From: Lama guanicoe
Lineage: Eukaryota
NCBI GenBank assembly: GCA_013239625.1
Contig: MU053994.1
Span: forward strand, 4,011,434 to 4,075,433
Reading direction: 5' to 3'
DNA: 64,000 nucleotides
The translations under genes were made by a program, and so were the position numbers. This document shows positions 12,914 through 25,339 of this stretch, in pieces (the stretch's first letter is position 1; the number at the start of each line of letters is the position of its first letter). Below the pieces are notes generated by a model, which saw only the letters and a program-made list of their open reading frames with translations, was not told the origin of the DNA and made no database searches.

Positions 12914-12916
<3 letters not shown>

Positions 12917-12946
<30 letters not shown>
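12917..12946. repeat. (TG)n microsatellite
   Basis: Seen directly. Confidence 0.97.
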
Positions 12947-12948
<2 letters not shown>

Positions 12949-14009
12949 TGTATACACTGAAGTGTCAGACATTGCTTACCAATTTGGGGGAGCTCAGGCT
13001 GGGACTTGCTAGGACTGAATTTCTCTAACACCCACAGATGTGAGATTCTACCTAATTTCTGGGATAGTTGTAGCATCTACCTCTATATATTCAAGACTTC
13101 CTACTTTTAAAGTAAATGCCCTTGAAAAGAGGTTATGTATTTGAATATTATTTGGCCTGGAAAGTAATAGTTGAGATTAGTTACAAGTTAGCTCAGAGCT
13201 AGAAGTAGACAGAGAATAAATAATTGGTGAAAAGTCAGGATGAGGGGCCCAAAGGAAAGAAGAAAGGAAGAACAAAGTTTGCCAAAAGCAAATTTTGTCT
13301 GTTGAACTATTTCACTGAGGCTCAACTCAGACTGTAAAATAATATGTATTCCAAAAAAACTAGAAAACCAAAATGGAGAGAATGTTGGCTATCAGCATTC
13401 TATCGACTGGGACTTTTAGAAAGTCAAATTTCACTCTAGAGAGGTATGTAAAAGGTGTGCATTTTTTTTTCTAGTTTAAAACTGCTTTATTTAGGGTTCC
13501 CATAGTCTTGTTTTTATTGAGGTGTAATTGACAAAGTTGTACATTTCTTGGTCACAGTTACAAAGCAGAGGGTCTTGACAAAGCCACAGCCAAATGTTGC
13601 AAGATAGAAAGCATTTACGAGTGAGAATTCTAGAGTAGGACCTACCTGAAATTAGAAGAACATTGTTAGGGCCCCATCTAGATTCCTTCTGTTCCATTTA
13701 CTGATTCTCTTGATCCTGTTCTCCAGCTTCTGTGTGCTTTAAACAGCTAACATCTGTGATCTTCCAAGTACTATCTTTTGGATGACTGGAGCGATTTCCT
13801 TTGCATAGAGAGTTGGAAATACCTGGGAGTTCACGTACCATTTCAGTCCCTTCCTGTTGTGGGATTATAAAAGCTCAGATCCCTTTTTTTAGGGTGAAAT
13901 AAACTTTGAGGCATAATTAACACCTCCAGAGTTTGCTGGAGGATCAGGCCAAGGCTGAAACTTTGCCTGAAATCTTATCTTTGCTTAGCTCTTAACCCTT
14001 GTCATCCTG

Positions 14010-15087
14010 TCTTTAACCAGCCTCAGATTGGCCCCAGTGACCCTCATCTCTTGATATTCATTCCATTGTCCTCTCCCACAATGAATAGGGTTGACCTGTG
14101 TAACCAATAGGATATTGTAGAGATGATGGTGTGTGACTTCCAAGGCTAGATCATAGAAGTCATGTGGCTTCCACCTTGCTCTCTCTTGTGTTGTCCTCTC
14201 TAAGGGAAGCCATTTGTCACATGAGGCAGATGCTCAAATAACTATAAGATCCATGTGGCCAAGAACAGAGCCATGTCACCAAAAGCCAGCACGATCTTGC
14301 CATTCACGTGGGTGGGTCCAAGAAGTGGATCCTCCAGCTCCAGTCAAGCCTGGAGATGGCTGCAGCCCTGGCTGACAACTTGACTCTGTCAAGGAGGAAG
14401 AAATTTTCCTCTACCCTTCTAGGTTTTTCTAACTGGTCTAAGAATTAAATTGACATTGGCAGATGAACAGGAGAAAATCACGCAAAAGTTTAAAAACATG
14501 TATACATGGGAGAGACCCAGGAAAAATGAGTAACTCCCCCAAATGGCTGAGACCCTGACCTTAAATACCATTTCAGCTAAAGACAAAAGAGGATGTTGAG
14601 GGTAGTGATTTGGGACTTCAAAGGAGAGGAAGGCAATTCACACAGAGATGGAAAGGGAAATGTTTGCTGGGTCATGCAGAGACAATGGGACAGAGAGAGG
14701 ACTCTGATCTCTAGTCCCTGCTGAGTCTCCCCCACCACACCTCATCCATGTTCTTTGCAGATTATCTCTGGTGACAGCTCTATTCTCAGAACAGGCCCTC
14801 TATCTAAATTTTTTTGGCAGTTAGGGGGAAGGTCAAAGTTTTTTCCTGGGTCTGTTGGACCTTTTTTTCAGCTTGAAATAATCCACATGCCAAAGAGAGA
14901 TTTTGAGGTGGCAAATTTTGCTTCTCTATGACCGCAACCTCGTGAGAGACCCTGAGCTAAAACCACCCATCTAAGCCACTCCTGAATTCCTGCCCCTCAG
15001 AAAATGTATGAGATAAAAAATGCTTGTGTTATTTTAAGCCACTGAGTTTTGAGGTACTTTTTTATGTAGCAATACAAAACTGATACA
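14010..15087 (+). mobile_element. MaLR solo LTR (MLT1F-like), split by an ERV1-type LTR
   Basis: GGGTTGACCTGTGTAACCAATAGGATATTG and CTGCAGCCCTGGCTGACAACTTGACT before the insert. It resumes GCAACCTCGTGAGAGACCCTGAGC and ends AACTGATACA. Confidence 0.85.
14387..14930 (-). mobile_element. ERV1-class solo LTR
   Basis: TGTCAAGGAGGAAGAAATTTTCCTCTACCCTTCT...CCTTAAATACCAT...GGTGGCAAATTTTGCT. It cleanly interrupts the MLT1F-like LTR. Confidence 0.75.
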
Positions 15088-15198
15088 TACTGCTTCCTCC
15101 ACTCTCTTACTGTTTTCTCCTGGTACTATTTGCTTAGTAAATAACTTGGACTGGCACCTCATCTCAGGCTCTGCTTCTGGTGGACCTGACTTAAGATA

Positions 15199-15378
15199 TT
15201 TGGATTCAAATCCCAGCTCCGTTGTCTATTAGCCACGTGACCCTGGACAAGTCTCTGATCTCTCTACTGTGTCTCAGTAAAATGTGGGTAATGACGATAC
15301 TGATCTCTTAGAGTTGTGTAAGGGTTACATGGATCAGTGCTTGTAAAGTGCATGGCATAGCGCCTGGCACAGTGTTGA
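15199..15378 (+). mobile_element. MIR SINE
   Basis: GGATTCAAATCCCAGCTC...GTGACCCTGGACAAGT...GTAAAATG...GCCTGGCACA. Confidence 0.85.
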
Positions 15379-16889
15379 AAGTAGCAACGTAATTTTTATG
15401 AGAGTAGCGTATGGTGGCACTTGTCAGCTGTGAGGTCTAACCAAATGGGATTTTTTTAGAGCCTCTGTGGCTCTAGTCATCCATCTTGTTGGCCTTTGAC
15501 CCTATGGAAATATGAAAAGGTGACTGTGGATACTTCAGCCCAATTTGGGGGAAAAAACCCCCAACACTTCAAGGCACACATGCTCCTTGTGGTGGGTCAA
15601 TAATGTCATCTTTATAAATGAAACTCAGAGCATTGCAGTATTGTGATAAGATCTGCTGTTTTACTTTAAGTAAACAAACCTTGTTGCCTGATCCATCACT
15701 GTTCCCACCACAAGGAAGGCGTGGAGCCAAAGCAGCTATTTTAACAGCTAAGTGACAATGTTTTTCTGTCTCAAATTGAAGGTTCGACACTGCCCTCCTC
15801 CCACAGCTTTTTAAATACAGGAAAAAGTGAATAAGGCAATACCCCAATTAAGAATCTTTATAAAGAGAGATTCTTTTCTTCTAGTAAGCCTGATTCAGAA
15901 AATTATTCATGTAATATTAACATATACATATGAATAGATAGTAGGCAATTGTAATAGACTGGAGGAAAAGATTATCATGTTCTGACAGCGAGGATATAAT
16001 GAAGAAAAATCAGAATTCTGCAAGCTGAACAGGGAGTGTAAGATGAGGAGATTCAGGACTTCAGACTCCAGTTCAGTAGAGAGTGAGAAAGGATTCTGCA
16101 TTAATGAGGGGTCTAAGGGAAGAGCCTTGGCTGTAAAGCTGCCAGAGGAAAGATTTTACCCACAGGGACTCTGAGGAAGCTTTCTCAGTGCCAATCATTT
16201 CTCCACCGTGGCAGAGAAAAACAGTAGCCCCGGTAAGATGTTAGACAAAATTTCCTCCTGAATTTTGTCTTAACCCCTCCAGTCTAATTTGTAATTACCA
16301 GCCACGAAGACTTGTTGACTGTTTATTGTGAGACAAAGCACTTGGAGAAGTTGAAGGTGAGAGTTGGAAGTGGGAAGCATGGTTGGAGAGAAGGTTAAGT
16401 ACCACAAAGAGTTTTGAGACTTGACTGTTTGTGGGTCCATCAGAGTTTACTCTATTTCCAGGATTCTCTGAGGAATACCCTCTAAAATAGGCACTGCTGG
16501 TGATATTGGATATTGAGGGCCTTTCTTAAGATTCCCATGGAATTTATGATTATGCCAATACATAAAACTGGCAATTGATGCCAAGAGAGATGTTCCTTTT
16601 GGCTCAATCATAGCTTTGTTTAACACATGTTGGCTGCGACTGCCAATAGTCAGAGGAGTGATGTGCTGGAGTTTAAAGAAGGAAACTTCGACTGAGAGCA
16701 AAAGTCGTAGAGAAAGCTTTCCTGAAGGTCCTTGGTCAACTCAAGAATTGTTCTTTAATGGTATGGGGAGAGGGAAATCTTGAGCCACTTTGACCTTTTA
16801 GTCATCATGATGAATTGACCATCACTGTGTTCATCATTGACTGTCAAACCATTTGTTAAGCTCTTGTTTATAGAGTACTCCCTCTAGCA

Positions 16890-17950
16890 GTATGCACAAA
16901 GTCGGGTAACTGAGCGCTCTCATGCATTGTTGGCAGGGGGAAAAATGACTATACTCTTTTGGGAGACAATTTAGGAATATGTATCAAAATTTTATAAGCA
17001 TGGTATCAGTTAGGGTCTTGGCACAAAACAGATGGCACTTTCAAACCGGGCATTGAGAGCATGCAACAAGAATTTAGAGGAACCAACGAGGGATGGTACA
17101 GTACCTGAGGCTGGCCAGAGAGGGAAACCATTACCATCCTAGGATTGAAGGGGCAAGAGGAGGGAGTAATTAAGAGAACTTGGAGCCTTATGGAAGGGCA
17201 CCCCACCAGGAGCCGTGATCTTTGGTAGAAGGACGTGCTAGCAGTAGTAGTGCTAGGAGAAACAAATACCTTCATTCTCTTCCCTCCTTGCAGTCTCCTG
17301 TCAGCATCTCCCAGGAGCAAAACTGACCAGAAGCTGGAGGCAAAGAAGGCCATCTAATCCATGTGGGTCAGCCTCCTTGGGCATGGTACTAAAGGATGGA
17401 GAGTGGATCTTCAGGGACAAATAAAATATCTAGCACATACATACAACTTTTGACTGAGCAATCCTATTTTTACAATTTTTGCTTCCTATTTTTGCTTTAT
17501 AAGGAAGTATTCCAAAAAGTTTTCAAAGATAATCAGTATAGCACTTCTTCACAATAGAGAAAAACTGTAAAGGACCTAAATTCCCATTATTAGGAGAAAG
17601 ATTAAATAAAAGTATATTCATACTATGGAATACTAGATAGCTATTAGGAAAGGTAAGATAGACTCCATGTGGGCTGATGTAGAAACATGTCCAAAATGTA
17701 CAGTCATGTAAGAAAGTGCGAAACCAGCAAACAAACAAAAAAACTCAAGTTGCAGATCAATATATAAAGTATGATTCTATTTTTGTCAGGGGGAAAAAAG
17801 CATCAGAATGTACATCTGAATATTTACACACAAACTTGATTGAGGATGAGCAGGCAAAAAGGAAATTTAGTATTTTTCCTAGATATATTTTTATTGTTTG
17901 ATATGCTTATAAGAGCATATTATGCATGACTTGTGTAACTAGGTAAACCA
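16890..17950 (+). mobile_element. Old L1ME-like 3' end, interrupted by an LTR
   Basis: TTGACTGAGCAATCCTATTTT and TATATTCATACTATGGAATACTA..TAGCTATT motifs. Confidence 0.65.
17002..17437 (-). mobile_element. ERVL solo LTR (LTR41-like)
   Basis: CAGTTAGGGTCTTGGCACAAAACAGATGGCAC...GAAGGGGCAAGAGGAGGGAG...GAGAGTGGATCT...TATCTAGCACA. Confidence 0.7.
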
Positions 17951-18848
17951 ATAAGTCAATACAACTGAAAAACTTGGGTTAGGTATGATTTGTAAACTCC
18001 TGGTGGGTAGAAACTGATTTCCTCCTTAATGCCTTTCCTTCCTTATCTATCTACCTCCACTCTGCTTCGTGGGCATTGAGAGTCTTGATGTTCAGTTTTA
18101 GTTCTGCCCCTTGCCAAACCAATGCTCAGCAACACTGGGGAATTAGAGAATTTAATTCTCCTTCATCCTGTTGGGCATAGAATGTACTCTCTGAGCTATC
18201 TCCTTTCCTTTTGACCTTACTATCTTAGCTAGTTCTAAACTCAACCACATTATATTAAGACTCAGGCAAAATGCAAGAAAATGCACACTGACCCATGCTA
18301 ATGCTGTAGCTGGAAACTTTGACCTTCTGATCTGAGCCTCACGTCTCCTCTGTTGCATATTATCCTATCGCTTCATCTCTTTCCTCCTTCCTGATTTCTC
18401 AAGTCCTCCCATTTGGCATCCAGAACATTTGACTCCTCTAGCTTATCACTGTTCCTTTTTGTTGTTATTTCATTCTGGCATTTTTTTTTATCACCCTTCT
18501 GATAACTTGCCCCTTTGGCTAGATGGAGGAGCCACTGTGTGCTGCCTTAGCTGACAGCCCTGCCTGGTCTGGCCTCATGTCCTCCCTGCTCTATGACTGA
18601 CCCCAGAAGATCATATCCAGAGAAGCCCTTGCCTTGGTTTTCTAATGCACTGTTTCTTTGGGCCATCAATCCTGTCCTGGACGCAGTTTGCTTGGTTAGG
18701 ACCTGCCCATCTTGCCTGGCTCCTACTGATGTTCTCTCACTGAAGACTTCACTTTGCTTCCTGTACATTTAAGTTCTTCTGTCCTGCTATAAATCAAGCA
18801 GGCCACCTGGAACTAGTTGCAGCAAATTCTGAAGTCCCATCGTTATCT

Positions 18849-18931
18849 AGTGGGTCTCAAAATGTGGTCCCCAGACCAGCAGTGTCAGTATCACCTGACA
18901 CCTATGAGAAATGCAAATTCTTGGCCTCACC
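18849..18931 (+). mobile_element. MER5A half copy (hAT-Charlie)
   Basis: AGTGGGTCTCAAAATGTGGTCCCCAGACCAGCAG...AGAAATGCAAATTCT. Confidence 0.8.
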
Positions 18932-18999
18932 AAGGAGTATAGACTATCAGAATGCAATGTACTTACAGTGTTTTTCCAGCTGATTTACACATCTTTTCA

Positions 19000-19400
19000 A
19001 CTTGCATTTATTATCTTCCATATGAAATGCACTGTGCTGAGTGCTATGGGAGATAAATAAGAAAATAGTACAAAGCTGACTCTTCTGCCTTCAAGGAGCT
19101 TTTAAGTTGTTTTGAAAAATGAGACACGTATATGAAAAAAAAAAACAACCAAATGACAATAAAAGACAGTACCAAAAGATAATAAAAGAAGTGCAATAGG
19201 AAAGTTATTGAAGCTCAGAGGATTGAATGATCCCAGTGGTCTCGAATGGTCTGGGAAAGATGGGCTGAGGAAGGCTGGTAGGATTTAAATCACAGTCTGA
19301 AGGGTATTCCAGCCAGGAGGCATGTAGATGAAACATGGATGTGCATTTATGGAATGGTAGATATGCTAGAATTTTCAAAGCAGGGAAACCAGCCACTTTG
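19000..19400 (-). mobile_element. L2 3' fragment
   Basis: CATTTATT...GCACTGTGCTGAGTGCT...CTGCCTTCAAGGAGCTT. Confidence 0.65.
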
Positions 19401-21079
19401 AGCTCCCACATCTATCTATGGGGTCATAAACACTGCTAGTGCTACTTGCACTTACTCAGCCGCTCAACCATAATTTGGTTCCTGACCACTCAAGCCCTTT
19501 GCTTGCTGGATATCCATCTACTGACCAGAGCCAACTGGTTACCGCTTCCATAGGTCATCTCTGCTGGTAAGATATGTATCTTCCAAATAGTATTTTTCCC
19601 TTTCCTTATTTCACATAGTTGCTCTTTCGGATTTGGTTATTCATGTCCTCAGAGATTGCACCAGGGAAGGCTCAAGCTCAGTTCTCTTTACTCTCTACCT
19701 GGCTGCATAATTTGAAGGTGGTATTCTTTGTCTGCTTCTAGGATTAGCAGTATATGTGTGTGTTGGAGGTGGGGGAGGGGTAAACCTTAAGTTCGAAAAT
19801 TCTACACACAATCCCTCCTTTGGGAAGTACAGATTCCTCTACTCATGGAGCCCCAGGGCCTGCCTGAGCACCTCGGGGCTTCCTGAGGTGTGCATGCAAA
19901 TTAGACCCAAACAGTGACACCAGATGACACTTAATTTTTATTTGGGTTTGAGTACCTCTTAAAAATAAATGCACATAGCATTCAGAACCACCCCCAAGGG
20001 ACTCATTTTGACTATCTCTTCTTGGAAATAACTAACAGGTATTAGAGCTGAATATTTTAAGGAACTATTTCAAGAAAGGCTTCTTGCGTTTGTTTTTCCT
20101 TTCTCAAGGACATTGTTGTGCTCTGCATAATTGGCAAATTAGATATTATGAAAGGGGAGAAGAAAAAAGTGAATGAGGGCTATGAAATGCCAGGAGGGCA
20201 GAGGTAGAAGCAACTAATGGCTGGGGTTGTTGTGTAGGCTTGTATTGCACAGGCGCAGTTCCCTTTCAAAGAAGAGCCAATAAATGATGCTGGAGAAAGA
20301 TAAAACAAGCAGGTGAAGGTGTTTGGGTGTTGGGGACTGCTTTGCAAATATTGTAAGTGCTACATTTTTTATTCTTTATCCTTTCTGGGGCTAGCACCTT
20401 GGTACTATTATTTCTGTGATTTTGCCAGGTAGCTCTCTGAGGAATGACACCTTGTTAGACTGGGCTCCTCTGGTTGAAATGTGCCAGGAACAAACATTCA
20501 GGCTTCCATGAGAACTTTCAACCAGAGAGAACCAAGATAATCTGGGGACTGGAATCAGGGCAAGACCCACTGTGTGCTTAGCCAGCACTGCCCTGTTTCT
20601 TTCAGTAGCCATAACGAGTTGTGTTTCTAATGATTCAACTTCTATGCAACCAACATAGCTCCTTTCTTCTTTTTAAAAAAAGAGGCTGCTCAAGAGGAAA
20701 CCTCAGATACACATCAGGCATTCAGAGAGATGGCTTCAAATTGGGAAGCTGAGAAGTCGAAGTCAATTTTGGCCTAAGAGGACTCATGATGTCACATGCT
20801 CTGAGCCACTTCCCAAGGTCATTAATCCTTGCATGGAAGTTGTGATTTGGAAAAGATCAATCCCATTTGCCCCAATTGTGCTCACAATCAGTGAATGAGG
20901 AACCAGCGCCCTGACAAATGAAACGAATCTAGGCTGCAGTGAAGTTTAGTTTGGGTTTATTGTGATGATGGATTTTGAAACTCCATCCGGTTTCAGACTT
21001 GAGGAATCAAACATTTTAAATCAAAGGAAAAACAATCAGATAATGAAGTATGGTCTCCTTTAAAAGTAACTTGATTTTT

Positions 21080-21230
21080 ATGTATTTATCTGTTCAATTG
21101 GACTGTGAACTTCTCCAGAGAGGGGTATGTTTCATTCATCTTTGTAATGCCAGGCAGCAGCCCAGAGTCTGCCATGTAGAAGATGATCAATAAGAACATT
21201 TGTATCCATTGAACAAATAAATAAATGAAG
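21080..21230 (+). mobile_element. L2 3' end
   Basis: GACTGTGAACTTCT...TTCATCTTTGTA...TCAATAA...TGAACAAATAAATAAATGAA. Confidence 0.75.
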
Positions 21231-21934
21231 GAAAGAATGTTTGGAAGAAAAGATGCAGAGACCTTGCAAATGTTTGGGACTGTCAGGAACTCTACAGAAA
21301 TTTCCCAGGATCTACCTGAGGCTAGATTGAGCAGCTGGGTTAAATCCTTGATCTTGTGATGCTTGAAATTTGGGGCAGTTGGGAAAAGATTCTAGAATGA
21401 AGGAATTCAGGAGTTGGGGGGCAGAATTTAATTTCTCCACCATAACTCTAAGTACTGTTTTGCAAGCTTATCAGTTTCAGATTTACTGTGGACTCCTTAG
21501 TATATTGACAGGGCTTGTCAATACCCAGGAGGAAAGCTGTTAAACCTACTATTTGCTTACTCTTTGCCTTATTCTAAGGGTACTTGAAAGAGCTTGTGTA
21601 AGGAAAATGTAATTAATAATAGAGAATAATCTGATGAAGAGGGAAAATGGATTAATTTGTATGTTGAGATAATATACTCTAAGTTCTTCGAAGGAAACAG
21701 TTCTTTTTTTTTTTTTTTCCTGATGCCAGTCTCAGGGAACAATTCTTCACAGGGGACATTGTGTAGGAGTATTAAGTGATAAGCAACTTATGCAGAAGCA
21801 AGAGTCACAAGGTTAGTTATTTTTTATAGACACATTTGCTAAAAGTTGAAAGCATAACTTTAAAAATAATAATAATTTAGTGAGAGCTATTCACCAAGGA
21901 ACTAGATGCTGGGCTCTAAAATGTGGTGCAGAAC

Positions 21935-22165
21935 TGCCTGAGAGCTACGGCCCCCAGACCTGGAGTTGAACCTGTCTTGCAGTGAAATCCAGCTCTGCCT
22001 TTTTCCTGCAAGGAGATTTTGTGCAGATCAGCCCACAAAAAGCTAAGTTTCCTCAACTAAAACAAGTGTAATCATGCATTTCCTAGGAAACTGTAATGTT
22101 AAAGTGAGACTGTATGTGAAAAGTTCTTAGTATACTGCCTGGCTATGTAAGTGCTCAAAAAATAT
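21935..22165 (+). mobile_element. MIR SINE
   Basis: CCAGCTCTGCC...AGTTTCCTCA...TGCCTGGC..GTAAGTGCTCAA. Confidence 0.65.
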
Positions 22166-23132
22166 CTTTCAAAAATTCTCTTAATATATCCTGTTAGTGG
22201 TTTCATATAAATGGGATCATACAATATGTGTAGACCTCTTAACTTTTAAAGATTTTCCCTTCCTAAATGATTTCTTTTTGTGTTCCATATTTTTAGAGTT
22301 TGCTTTGAAGTTTATAATGTTTATAGGTCTATCTTGTGTGATAAATTAACTTGTTTCTTAATTTGTATTTGTATCGTATCATTTAATACAAGGCTTTGTA
22401 CATAGCATATATCAAATAAATAAATTTGTAGTATCACATGGATTTTTATGGATATTAAAAGATATTCTTTTCTAAAAAAGAAAAAATACATCCTGTTAGT
22501 GGGCTCAATTATCTTGCTTAACATTTAGAATACCCAACATAGAGGAGAAGCAGAGTATCCTAGGAATGTTAACTTGGTCAAGTTTTGCTTCAGTTGTACA
22601 AAAGGAGCATATAGTAATTTAAATTTACAAGGTTACATTACATACTATGTTAAACTGTGTTCTCCAAGCACAAAATCTTTTCTTTTGGGCAAGGATACTG
22701 AAAGCAATTTATAGAAAATATTTTCAAGGCTAATTCATGTGAATCAACACAATACTTCAGGAGATGGGAACAGAATTTTTTTTTTTGAGTCAACAAGTAG
22801 CCCTAGAGTAAGAAATGTCCTTGCATAACAGTGGGCAAAAATCTCTTCAAGGATCTTGTGTGACTGGAAACATACCAGCAATGAAAAAATAGTAGTGCAA
22901 TGTTCTATGAACATCTCTTATGATAAACCTTATTGACTCCAACTTTTTTGAAAAGTTTTATTTCATTTTAAAAGAATCTACCTCAAATTAATGGCAAACA
23001 TGTATGTTCTGAGTTGCATTTCATTTTTATTAAATTGGATTTGTCTTCAGGTTTTCTGGTAGCATTGTAAAGAGCCCTAATGTCTAATTGTTGTCATGGC
23101 CACTGGCTTGGTGCTTTGTGTAGGTTATCCTA

Positions 23133-23855
23133 TTGTAGTTCATTGACTCTACAATGCCATCAATTGTAAGATACGCCATTATTTTATGTAATGGTAAAAT
23201 ACTGCCATTTAAACTATGGCAGAAATCTTTCTTATCGCCTGGAATTTTTATTGGTACTATGTGAAAGAGCTCTTTTAGACTTATGCGAATATAGATTTTA
23301 TCATACATCACACTTGCTCATACATAAAAAGGGAAACATGAGTGAAATAACTTGATTAATGTATTCCTAAAACATCTTCGCATTTAGAGAAATTCTGATT
23401 CTTTTGACTCACTTCTTGGCTCAAAGTTATTGATGTCTGTTTTTTCTTCACATAGTAATATCCTCTATGCCAGCTAGCACACTGATGATGCAAATGTTTT
23501 TTAAAAGTGTGATGTTCTGTTGTCTTCAGAATTTTCTTCCAAAGTGTTATACACATTCTGTAAGCCTTGATTTGAGAACACAATGTCCATCGAAGATTTT
23601 CAGACAGTGATCAGGACTCATATTCTTTTATCAAATGGTCCTTAAATGGTCTGTTGCTTGAGATGTCAAAGGGTTGTATTTGTCCAGTCATGTCACCAAG
23701 AAAGTAACTAAGTTTTCCCATATGCAGATAATGACAACTACATCATGAATGCTGCCTGTCTGACAACAATTGTAAGATGTCATTTCATAGGATATACTCT
23801 GATTTCAGAGATATTAAAATATGAAACATTGTATCTTAGTATTAATGAAACATAG
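23133..23855 (-). mobile_element. Kanga1/MER104-like Tc2-mariner element with both ends
   Basis: TA|TTGTAGTTCATTGA...GCCATCAATTGTAAGATACGCCATTATTTT and ATGACAACTACATCATG...GATTTCAGAGATATTAAAAT...ATGAAACATAG|TA. Confidence 0.75.
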
Positions 23856-23904
23856 TAATAAATACATACACAAAAATAATATTTTTAAAAAATTTTTTGA
23901 GAAA

Positions 23905-24045
23905 AAGATAAGTCTAGTTGCCATCTGCCACCATATAAAGATATTATATTATTATTGATTATATTCCCCACACTGTGCATTTCATATCCGTGACCCATTT
24001 GTAACTGAAATTTGTACCTCTCAATTTCCCTTACCCTAGTTCTCT
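23905..24045 (-). mobile_element. L1 3' UTR fragment
   Basis: AAGTCTAGTTGCCATCTGCCACCATATAAAG...ATATTCCCCACACTGTGCATTTCAT. Confidence 0.75.
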
Positions 24046-24277
24046 TAAAATAATATAATTTAAGCATCATATGGCTAATATTAGTCTTTAAATATCAGTG
24101 GCAAGGCCCATGTCTTCTTCCATGTGGCCCTCTAGCCTAGCACACAACTCTATACACACAAAAAAATTCAATATGTGCTGGATATTGATGCTTAAAAGTC
24201 TTCTGGATTTTTCACCTTTGTTTTTCCACTAAGGAGCTGGGAGCAATTCGCTGTAATGAAGGATTGGAATTGAAGAA

Positions 24278-24626
24278 TGCTATGGTCTGAGTGTTTGTGT
24301 TCCTCTCAAATTAACATGTTGAAATACTGACCTCCTAGGTGATGGATTAGGACATAGGGCCTTCGGGAGGTGATCGAATCATAAGGGGAGGGTCCTCATG
24401 AATGGGATTATACAGGAGGCCTGAGAGGACTTCCTTGCCCCTTCTGCCAAGTAAAGATACAACAAGTTGGTAGTCTGTGACCCAGAAGAGGGCCCTACCA
24501 GAACCTGACCATGCTGATTCACTGATCTTGGACTTCCAGTCTTCAGCACTGTGGGGAACACATGTCTGCTGTTCATAAGCCACACAATCCATAGCATTTT
24601 GTTATAGCAGCCCACAGACTAAAACA
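24278..24626 (+). mobile_element. MaLR solo LTR (MLT1A0-like), full length
   Basis: TGCTATGGTCTGA...CCTCATGAATGGGATTA...GATCTTGGACTTCCAG...TTTTGTTATAGCAGCCC..ACTAAAACA. Confidence 0.92.
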
Positions 24627-24832
24627 AGAAAGGTGATAAGCTTTTAGTTTAAGTCCTTCAAACAAAAATGAATCACACAAAAAGTTTTTTTGTTTTTGTT
24701 TTTGTCTTCAACACACTCACCTGATCTTAGAGTCAGGTATGAGGAATTAGTGTCAAATACAGCCAACTGGAAGCAAAAATTCTTAGCTTGTTTTTTCAGA
24801 GGCTTCTTTTCTGTACAACTCTTGTATCCTCA

Positions 24833-24900
24833 TCTCCTCCCCCTCCTCCTCCTCTTCCTCTTCCTCCTCCACCACCACCACTTTCTCCTCTTTTTTTAGT
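24833..24900. repeat. (CCT)n/(CCA)n pyrimidine-rich low-complexity tract
   Basis: Seen directly. Confidence 0.85.
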
Positions 24901-25197
24901 TCTTCTCCTACTTAGTTGTTTTCCTTCCTTTGTCTCTCAGTCATAGTAAAATATACATGATTGAAAGTCTGCTCCATCAAAGGAGAAATCCATCTTTGCC
25001 AAGGTCAAATCATATCCATGCTCCATCACATTTATTTTTTTGTACTACCCTAAATTAATTATGTTGATATTTTGCTCACCATTTTTGGCACAGGAGAGGC
25101 AAAATGTACTATAATATTTCTAGAGGAATCCTGGCAAAAGTAATTTCATAAGCTTATGTAAGAAAATTCAAAAGAGTTCTGGGTTCATCTGTTGAGT

Positions 25198-25317
25198 ATT
25201 CATCATTTAACAAATACTTATTGAGCACCTAGTATGTGTCAGATACACTATTCTAAAATTCCAATGGTGAGCAAAAGTAGACATAGACCCTCCTTTCATG
25301 GAGTTTATAATCTGGTG
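25198..25317 (-). mobile_element. L2 3' end
   Basis: CATTTAACAAATACTTATTGAGCACCTAGTATGTGTCAG...TCATGGAGTTTATAATCTGG. Confidence 0.8.
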
Positions 25318-25339
25318 ATTTCAGATTCCATCCCTAATC

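Larger units (their letters stand above)
13664..15198 (+). mobile_element. ERVL solo LTR (LTR16-like), split by nested insertions
   Basis: The 5' part spans 13664 to about 14009. The 3' part at 15088-15198 ends CCTCATCTCAGGCTCTGCTTCTGG..ACCTGACTTAAGATA. Confidence 0.75.
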
